This document shows, one piece after another, positions 39,962-55,534 of a DNA stretch of 64,000 nt; the first letter of the stretch is position 1, and each line of letters starts with the position of its first letter. A program made the position numbers and the translations under genes. This DNA comes from Paragordius varius (lineage: Eukaryota > Animalia > Nematomorpha): the NCBI GenBank assembly GCA_964247055.1, contig OZ176059.1, forward strand, positions 2,294,001 through 2,358,000, given 5' to 3'. Below the pieces are notes generated by a model. It ran no database searches. It had not been told where the DNA came from and saw nothing but the letters and a program-made list of their open reading frames with translations.

Positions 39962-41577
39962 AAATAAAATGAATAAAATACCCAATCTAATATAATTTTT
40001 TTCAAAAAGCGTTTTCCACAAAAACTATTCGGTTGATATGTTCAATGCTGTACTTTGCCAAAAATTTGAGCTTAGCATCACTTATGGGAAAAATAGCTTT
40101 TTATACCAGTAGAATCATTCGTATAAATAAATAAAAGAATGATGGTTTAACTCATACTTTATTATTAGTTTTCAGGATTAAGTTACTTATGAAACATAAA
40201 AATATCGAAAATAGCTTGATATTAGAATGTGATAATATTTTAGTATTTTAATTTTATTTCAATTTTTTGCAAAGTTATTAAAATACTGATATACAATCAT
40301 TTATTTTTGCTATTTTTATATGAGATTTAAAGGCCATTATTTTTCAGATTTTAAACGAACATTCATGATATTAAAGAATAAAGAATTTGACATTACTTAT
40401 AAAATTCGCAATGAAATTCATATTCAAGTTATCATTTAGACCAGGGGTGTACAAATAACTTAGCGGGTCGCATTCAAAGTATATATCTGGGCATTTATAA
40501 GGAATATATTAGATTTCACGCAATCACAAAATAGCATTTTTTTCTAGTTTTTAACAATTGGATAGACTTAGTAAAAAGTTTGTTTGGAAATATCAATTTT
40601 ATTAAGATATTGTCAGCACATTTTTATAATTATGGATTTCCAAATTATTTGCGGGTCAGACATAAAGCCTCGGAGGGTCTAATCCGGCCAGCGGGCGTTT
40701 TACCACCCTTGCTTTGCACAATAAAAAAATGTTAAACTTTAGGTTATATATATAACAACAAAAAACAAAATTTATTAGCATACTTATAAGCGATTATTAT
40801 AGAATTAAACCAAATTAGCCATAGTAACATAATAAAAGTTAAATCATTCATTTACATGTGGCAAAATGATGTTTGAAATGAAGAAATATCACACACAATT
40901 TATCTATCAATATATTTATGATTGAAAGGGAAGCGATATATATATATATAATGTAATTTTGCACAAGTTATAATTGGCTAGCATATAAGCGTTTAAATCA
41001 TTTGCTAATACTTAATGATAGCTATCAATCACCAGGGTAACAAAATAAAATCATAAAACAGGTAATTCAACACAAAAATTTATAGGAATATGGTAATGAA
41101 AACAATGTAGATGATTATATAATATTAAAGCGACATATAATACAGTAGCGTAGGGTAAAAAACAACGTTTGTCCATAATTAAATAAACCAAATTATGGTT
41201 AGAAACAAAATCGTATAAATTTAACTATTTGTTATTATTACCATACATACGTTACTGTAGGAAAAATTTCATATATATTAAGTAATACAGACAAAACGAA
41301 AAAAATAATAAGACAAATATTTTTCAAACATACCGACCGCTGTACTTTTTTAAATTTAATTTTCTAAAATATAACTCATTGTTTTCAATTACAAAGTATA
41401 AAATAGAGATGTTTAAACGGTAGTATTAATCGTACATTTTACAATAGTAATTTAATGATTTATATAGGAAGATTAGGATTAAAAAAATTGGGTTGTCTTT
41501 TGGAAATAAATATTTGTCTTAATATTTTTACGTTTTGTCCTATATCATTACAATTTTTATTGTAAATAAATGTATTA

Positions 41578-47174
<5,597 letters not shown>

Positions 47175-47625
47175 TATATTCTATAAGACATATATATAAA
47201 AATTTTTAAAACCAAAACAATAGAAGGCTAATTTGTATACTGTAAAATCTTAATTTTTTTGTTGCTAATTCTATTAAATAAGTGGCAAAATAGGTATTAG
47301 ACATGTAAATGAGTAACACACTCAATTTTATATTTAAAATTAAATCATTTATGTTTGTTAAAAAAAATCAAGAGATATTATCTTTATTTATTTATTTTTT
47401 TATTTACATTTTGTCTTTAAAATTTAATTTTGACTGTAAATTTATTATTTAATCAAATTTCCAAGAAAAATATACAAATAACCTTAACCGTGTTTTCAAT
47501 AAGAAAGGGGATGGGATGGTGGGATCAAAAATTGCAATGTTTCATAAAACAATATGTGTTTCAAACGAGATGGTTTGATGCTGGAGAACGTGTATTTTAT
47601 TTTATTTTAAAGATTTTTTATAGAA
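47175..47625. promoter_or_regulatory. Probable bidirectional promoter between TPI and ARPC5
   Basis: Divergent start codons only 451 nt apart, in a locus where other intergenic gaps are kilobases and repeat-filled. No MITE seen here. Confidence 0.6.
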
Positions 47626-49035
47626 ATGCCTGCTAAAATAATCGTTACTATGGAAACTAAAAACAATAATAATTTACAACAAAATAATGTGCCAGGCTCA
47701 CAGTTTCGAAAATTAGATATTGAAAATACTTTATCAGCCGAAAATTTTACCGATGATACCACTTTGATTGGAGAGGGGTGTCGCAAAACATTTGATGAAA
47801 ATACCTATAAACAAATGCTCCAAAGATAATTTTTTATATATTTTAATTTTTGTACTTTATGTATAATTATAGTAATTTTTATTATTTTAATTTTTTTTCA
47901 TTTATACTGGTCGGAATATAGATGCGTTAAAGTATTTACTCAATTTTGTACCAATTGGGATACGTGATGCAAATTATCGAGTATTTATTTTTTATTATGG
48001 CCATCTTAACATTAGGATAAAATTTTTAAAAGTGTCATGCAAACCGTATTAACATTCAAATCATCCGAAATCAATAATGCGCTCACCTCACTTAATCGCG
48101 AAAATTTGGATTATCTAATGAAATACATTTATAAGGGTTTCGAAAACCCAGAGCTTTATAATTGTCCACTCTTACTTAATTGGCATGAAAAGGTAGTGAA
48201 GAATTGTTTTATATTTACCTTTTAAACAATTATTCTAAAATATTTTAAATGTTTTAATATAAAAAATTACCTATTTTATATAAAATATTGCTTAAAATTT
48301 ACATAATACAGTTAAAAAATTACGCCGTAAAAGAAACATTCCTATCCTCGATTTGATTTATGTTTACCCAATATACAATTATATTTTAGGGTTTATTTGA
48401 AATGTTTAGGAGGTGAGATGTATGGTATAGTATTATTAAATAAGTTTACAAAGTGAGTTGTTTATAGTATCGTTATAATTTTTATACTAATCCTTTGTCC
48501 CGTATTTTTTTGCCAATGAATTGGATTAATTAATTTTTTGGGTTGATTTCTGCTTAAAACAATAGCTTTTAATTTTGGCTCCGGTCAGTTTTATTTTTAA
48601 TTTATAGAGCTTATTCTTGATATTTGAATGATTATATCAACATAAACATATAGCAAAAAAAATATTGTGTAAATTGGGTTAACATAGGCTATTGCATTTA
48701 AAAAAATATTATTGTTTAGAACCGCGCTTTCAGCGTTTTAAAACATTTTAAATCGTTTTGAATTTTTATGGTTACAAAGCAATTTTGAAAGAAAATTTTT
48801 AAACAAAAAAACATTTAAATATTCGTACTATTTTAAATTTAATGAAAAATAAAAAAAATGAAAAATACAGTTGAACTATTCTTTTAAAACTGTGGCTATT
48901 TATTTATAAATACTTTAATTTTTAAACTACATCTTTTTATCGTTTTTTTTACTGATATTTATTTTTTAGATCTTTAACATAACCGGTTATGGAAGTATTA
49001 TACGTGCCATGTCTGATCGCAGACGAATTGTATGA
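47626..49035 (+). CDS. ARPC5: Actin-related protein 2/3 complex subunit 5 (p16-Arc; 4 exons, about 171 aa)
   Basis: Exons 47626-47825, 47908-47980 (73 nt), 48016-48192 (177 nt), 48970-49035. Motifs FRKLDI, LMKYIYKGFE.P, LL.WHEK, GYGSIIRAM..RR. Intron 1 is AT-AC; intron 2 is 35 nt. The start could be the second ATG at 47650. Confidence 0.93.
47826..47907 (+). other. AT-AC intron (ARPC5 intron 1, 82 nt)
   Basis: Junction CAAAG|ATAATT...CATTTATAC|TGGTCGG gives MLQS-GRNIDAL. Phase 2, followed by a 73-nt exon. Confidence 0.85.
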
Positions 49036-49493
49036 AATATGTTTTAAATGGAGAATAGTAAAATCCCTTTTTGATAACTTTTTATTGTATTGACCATTGA
49101 TTATTGTTAAATTTTGTTAATTATTGATATATTGTTACTCACATTTCACTTTTTTGGAAATTAAAACTTCTCATATATGATTAATTAACCAAAATATTTT
49201 TTGTTTAAAATTAATATATAATATATTTTACATTAACATTCATTACACGGTTAATGTGCACCCGTAGGGACCCATCATTCTATTGATAAAATTTAAATTT
49301 AATTCTATATTATATCCATTTAAGTTTTTATTATATAACACACATCTCTTATTTTGCATTTAAGCCATTCATTTTTATAATATATGTGTGAATAAATAAT
49401 TATTTTATTTATATACAAGGTAAAAGTTAACATTTATAACGCAATATGCCAGAAAAGGAGATTATGTATTGGGAATTGTTAGATATCAGATTA

Positions 49494-49971
49494 TCTATAT
49501 ATTTATAAAAATGGAAAATGCTGGCTTTGTGATCTGGTACAGGAAAACCGGTAGACCGATTCAAATCCAAACTTCGAAAAAATACAATCATTAATGAATG
49601 CCCCGACAATAGCTTCGCCCTTTTTTTGAAATAGGCCCCCAGTTCGGGCCTACCCCGTGTGAAAAATGGGTTAAGTCAATTTTTTGGAGAACGTGTTGGA
49701 CCATTCAATTTCATATATAATTTTTGTTTACTTATTTTTGATCGCGCTGAACATAGTCGACTCACTTTTTTGATTTAGGCTTTCTTTTTACCCGCTACCT
49801 CCGTAAAATGCCATTTTTTTAAAAAAAAAACAAAGTCCACAAAAATAATTTTTTGATTGTATTTTTTTGCCCTAGGTATGAGACTGTTTCGAGAAGGATT
49901 TTTCGTCTTGCCTGTTAAAAGGCAAAAATTTTAGTCAAGCGTTTCTTTGATGATAGCTGCTGAGTAAGGAG
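49494..49971 (+). mobile_element. 3'-truncated tandem copy of the Helitron-like element
   Basis: Near-identical to 50033-50511 (period 539-540 bp). Confidence 0.75.
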
Positions 49972-50032
49972 TATCTATCATATGTATAGGATGTTAAAAG
50001 ATATATGGATATTAATACATTATTTATGGTAA

Positions 50033-50657
50033 TCTATATATTTATAAAAATGGAAAATGCTGGCTTTGTGATCTGGTACAGGAAAACCGGTAGACCGATT
50101 CAAATCCAAACTTCGAAAAAATACAATCATTAATGAATGCCCCGACAATAGCTTCGCCCTTTTTTTGAAATAGGCCCCCAGTTCGGGCCTACCCCGTGTG
50201 AAAAATGGGTTAAGTCAATTTTTTGGAGAACGTTGTTGGACCATTCAATTTCATATATGATTTTTGTTTACTTATTTTTGATCGCGCTGAACATAGTCGA
50301 GTCACTTTTTTGATTTAGGCCCTCTTTTTACCCCCTACCCCCGTAAAATGCCCTTTTTTCAAAAAACAAAGTCCACAAAAATAATTTTTTAAATCTATTT
50401 TTCGCCCTAGGTATGAGACCGTAAAAATTCAATATGGATTCCACGTATTCCCTGTTAAAAGGCAAAAATTTTAGTCAGGCGTTTCTTTGATGATAGCTGC
50501 TGGGTAAGGAGCTACCCGCTAAAAACTGATTCCTCATGTAACTTTGTGATCTGGTATCGGAAAACCGGTAGACCCATTAAAATCCAAACTTCCAAACCCC
50601 CCCCCAGAAGTCCGAAGGACTTCCTCGGGCTGCGTAGCAGCACGAGATTTACGCTAG
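50033..50657 (+). mobile_element. Non-autonomous Helitron-like element
   Basis: 5' A|TCTATATATTTATAAAA; GC-rich hairpin CTCGGGCTGCGTAGCAGCACGAG at 50624-50646; 3' CTAG|T; no TSD. Confidence 0.75.
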
Positions 50658-51320
50658 TATTATATATAAAAATTATAAATTAGCACTGAATGCGGCCCCT
50701 TAAAAATATTATTATAAGGTCATTTAGATTGATGTAATTTTTTGATTGTATTTACGCTTGGGCATTCGTCTTTTATTCAATATTATTATTATTTCTGTTT
50801 TCAGCAGAGCGAATTAATAATATTTAATATAATATTTATGATTTTATCAGGAAAAACTCAAAATTTTGATTAAAAAGGAGCTGACTTATAAATTAAAATT
50901 TAAAGTGGAGGAGGGGAGTTTAAAATGAAAACTAACTTATCACCATGTTTATTTTTTATAGAGAAAAAAATGGAGCATATAAAACATAAATAGTCAAAAC
51001 ATATTTCATAAAAAACATACAAAAGAATGGATATAGGTTTTAATTAACTCTAATTCGTATAAACATAATTGGGGAAAAAAGGTCTCGATATTTAAACTGT
51101 TTAAGACTGAACCCAAGACTGAACAAAAGGCTATATTGGAATCATGTATGAATAAAATTTGCTGTGCAAAAATGCTACAAAAGCCACGATTTTTGGGTAT
51201 ATATTATTTCCGAAACCATATTTTCCATTAATAACACTTAACGCAGGGGCTAAAACGAGTTCTAGCTCTAAATATCCATGTAAAAAATTGAGATTATATT
51301 TCCCAAAACTTCCTTTAAAG

Positions 51321-51364
51321 CTTTTGTACTAAAGATTATCTTAAGATAATCTTTAGTACAAAAG
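51321..51364. repeat. Perfect 44-bp spacerless palindrome centred on TTAA
   Basis: CTTTTGTACTAAAGATTATCTT/AAGATAATCTTTAGTACAAAAG. Confidence 0.95.
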
Positions 51365-51556
51365 TAAAAGATTGGGTAAAGAGCAAATTTTTAATAAACG
51401 CTTCGTCCCACTCTGCGCATTTTTGTAAAATAAATGCTTTTAAAGTTTTAATAGCCAAATAAGTTAAGAACGTAGGGTTTAGGCTTAAAAATATAGATCT
51501 GTGCCATCTCAAAAAAACTAATGAAAACATACCCTATTATATTATTCGTATTTTAA

Positions 51557-52136
51557 CACTTCGATTCAAATTGGGGTATCTAAATACCCCAGACTAAATT
51601 TAAATCAAAATTTTTAAAAAAATACTGAAGGAACGGTTCCAATTTAAATTTATGCTTCTATCCTGATAAATATTATATAAATATGCCAAAATATCTTGAT
51701 AAAATTTTGTTTTGAAAAAAAATTTCCATCTCAAACTACTTCGACGCCATTTTTATTTTACAAAAATTTGTAAAATATCGTCTTCATTTAGTTTTAAGGG
51801 TAGAACTAAAGCTTAAATTTTATATAAATTACATCTAACATTGATAGGAATAGAAAAAGCGGTTTATTTTGTATTATTTTTTATTTTTACAATTTGACAC
51901 ATGTCACGTTGACTAAATTTTTACCTTTCAATTTTAGCTTAAAATAAGTAATATCAAGTAGTTTTGAAAAAAAATTTTTATATATTTCGGTTTATTAATG
52001 TTATATAAGTGCAAAATTTTGCCATGGTTTTGATTGCTTCCATACTTTTTAAAGTATTTGATTTTAAACAGGCCTGGGGTATCCAATTAGCCCAATTTGA
52101 ATCGAAGGACTAAAATGAGTGTGTTGTATCCAAGTG
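51557..52136. mobile_element. TTAA-flanked MITE family G copy
   Basis: TTAA at 51553-51556 and 52137-52140; colinear with 2954-3529. Confidence 0.85.
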
Positions 52137-53571
52137 TTAAATAAAATACTAATAGCATTACATTGTGCACAAATTCGGATGTTATAAACTTTTATCCTGT
52201 TAAAAATATATTCTAATAAAAAAATGTATCAGGATCTTGGGTGTTTTAGGTTTGGGCTAACGAGTCATTTACCCCTGACTTCTGTAACATGTATATTTCG
52301 TATAATATACAGTATAAGTTAATTACATTGCTAAAGATTTATTAATTATTGCCAAAGAGCATTTACAACAAATGGCAGTATTCTATTGCAGCTATTTTTT
52401 TCACTTTTTACTATTATTACCCAATAATAATTCTCTTTGCTGCATATACTATTTGGCAATTATTAATAACTTTCTAGCAATATAAACTTACTCATACTGT
52501 ATTTTAACCAAAGGTTTCGCTGCATAACATAAAAATGGCAATCATATTTGGTGATCGCAATAGGCATGATAAAATTTACATTTATATTTGCCATGTGATA
52601 TTAACTTTAAAAACAATATTAATTTTTTTTGCACAAATAATATTGGATAAAACGGTTTTCGGACTCCCTTTTTAAAAAACATTACCCAGATAACAGAAAA
52701 TTACTAATTTTTCTTAATAAATCAATATATTATTTAAGTAATATATTTGGAAATACAATAATTTTTACCAACAAACATAATTATCATATAGATAAATTAG
52801 CATTAGAGATCATTCACATCAATAAATTGAAAACAAATGGTAATATCATGAATAATTTTAAACTAAAACCAAAATTATAAAATAATAAGATTTATACATT
52901 GAAGTGAAATGCCAAACTAAGGTTTTTATTATATAATAACATTTACAAAAGAAAATAACAGACAATTAAATAATAAAGCAATTGAATAATGAGTTGAATA
53001 GTGATGAATAATGAGTTGAATAGTGAACTATTACGAAAGAAATTACAATATACAGTAGGAGTAAGTGTGAATTGTAAGATTTTCATTAAGTTTTGCTACA
53101 TAGAATTTATTCGTAAAGAGAAATATTATTGGCTTAAATTTTTCAGGTGGATAAAAAAAATGTATTTTATTCGTTTTATTTTTTCTATCAGCCAATATTT
53201 CTCTTTAAAGTAAATGCCATATGACAACATGTAATGAAAAACTACCAAGGTATACTGTGCATTTTAAGGTTGTCTTATTCTCATTATAATTAGAGTCAAT
53301 TAGTACACAGTAGTGTATGGAAAAAACAAAATGTTGAATAAACAATTTTTTCTATCTTACATTACATTGTTGATTTTATTTAACATTTTGATGTTTTTTC
53401 CATCCACTATTGTGTTACCAATTGACCAAATGTAATGTGAATAAGCCAGCCTTAAAATGTATACTGTATTTACTCACATTGTGTGTGTATATATATGTAA
53501 CAAAAACATCAACAATAAAGTTTAAATTATTGGCTGGCTAGTGCAGCAAGCTAGATAGTTAGATCCAACAA

Positions 53572-55534
53572 TTATCTAGAATTTTCACCCATTATTTCTG
53601 CTGATGGCGCTGGTGTTTGATGTCGATTACTGGTATTATTCGTAGAGGGGGAGTTGTGATGAGTAGCATTTTTATTTTTATCATTATTGGTCATTTTCTC
53701 ATGGTGGCTATGATGGTGTAAATCAGTTTTAGGCGGTTGGTTAGGAGTGACATTTCTATTTTTATGATTTGCTGGTATAATTTCACCCTTTTTAGCTACG
53801 CGTATGCGGGTATGGGTTATAGCTGTGGGACCGGAATCAATGCCACCATGCGAAGCCAAATTTTTGCGATCAGATTCTAAAATGACAGGAAATTTGGCTT
53901 TCTTAATAAATAAAATTTAAAAATAGGTCACTACACATGTTTCCTTCTCACAATATAAAAAATATATATTTTTAACCAAACTCTGGGCTTTTCCATTCAT
54001 ATTCGTCAACATTTTTCCATTCAAGAGTTCAGTTCAAAAAGCGTTAATTTATATATACCATTTACAGTTCAAATTCACCCTTGAACAATTCAAATTCACC
54101 CTCGAACAATTCAAATTCACCCTTGAACAATTCAAATTCACCCTCGAACAATTCAAATTCACCCTAAAAATAAATTATGTGTTTTCGAACTAATATAACT
54201 CATTATTTATATAAAATATATCTTTATGGCATAATTTATTATTTTTTCAGTATTATTTTAATTAAAACAAAATTTTATTTTTTAAAAAATATATTAAAAT
54301 ATAGGTAATTTTTAATCTTAAAAAACATGTTATTTATTTGAGGGTGAATTTGAATTGTTCGAGGGTGAATTTGAATTGTTCAAGGGTGAATTTGAATTGT
54401 TCAAGGGTGAATTTGAATTGTTTAAGGGTGAATTTGAACTGTAAATGGTATACTCCTAAAAGAGCATATTTATTTGAATTTTAACAATAATAGCGTGAGA
54501 AATTGGCTATAATAGCAAAGCTTTGAGTTAGGTTCATGCACCCACTTTTAGTTATCTATTATATTTTCGCGTTTAGCCATAAAATAAAAATATATGATTT
54601 TTAGGATTTTTTAAGCGCACCAGGTGTTATTGCATATTATCCATCCATATTTTTTTAAAATTTATAAAGAAAAGTTTCGTCTTTAGTTTTAGCGCCACCT
54701 TTTAAATTTTAGCAGATTTATATTACAGCAAAAATTGACATAATCCACACACCAAAAACATAAGACAATTATTTTTTATAAAGACAACCATATTTTTTTA
54801 AACGTTGATTTTCATATTGATTAAAATTGTAAAATATAAAATTGATTGCGATACATATTTGGATTTATTTATGTTTTGTCTAATTTTAATTAATACATTA
54901 TATATAATTTAAATATTAAAAAAGGAATATTTAAGATTCATTTCATTACTTACAATGAAATAATTTAATTAAAAATGGGTTTTATTTTACATTTGTACCA
55001 ATAATAAATTATATATTTTGGCATTTTTATAATATCAATAATAGTTATTAGCATTACTATATTATAAGAATATAAAAATATTATATTTTAACAATAATAT
55101 ATCAAAGATTTTTCAGAAATTATTTAAATTTTTTATAAACAGCAACTTTTTACCTGTTTGATATTCATAGGCGTTTACGTTAGAATTTATATCATTCATT
55201 CCATGACATTTTTTGCATTCATTGTCATCGTCATTTTCGCTTGAACTTTCGGAGGATGCATTAGGATCTTCGGGTTTAACATATATGCAACAACCTAATG
55301 GTTATATATTATAGAATAGATGGTTACATTTTGATTTCTTTTTCCCCATGTTTTCATTGTCAACCGTTTTGCTATCCCAATTAACTTGTTTCCTGCATCG
55401 TGGCTTACGTAATTTAATTTTCACAGGAGGACTAATCTAATTTATAAAATTATATTTATTTTATATACAGGTTGCTGTTGTTCATGTTCTTGAATGGTTT
55501 GGGTAACAGTACCCGATACAATTGTGTTTTGCAT
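53572..55534 (-). CDS. PPP1R11: Protein phosphatase 1 regulatory subunit 11 / Inhibitor-3 (Ypi1 family), 4 exons, about 206 aa with C-terminal extension
   Basis: Exons 55534-55469, 55436-55328, 55294-55154, 53876-53572. Protein contains IKLRK..[27 protein letters not shown].KP (RVxF-type KQVNW plus CCCIY), an acidic Ser-rich tract and NAYE. Exon 4 is joined by phase-1 GT/AG sites. Confidence 0.92.
54056..54450. mobile_element. MITE family A (TIR TACCATTTACA(A/G)TTCAAATTCACCC; 21-bp unit TTGAACAATTCAAATTCACCC), in PPP1R11 intron 3
   Basis: Near-perfect inverted termini, tandem 21-mers in both arms, TA flanks. Confidence 0.9.
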
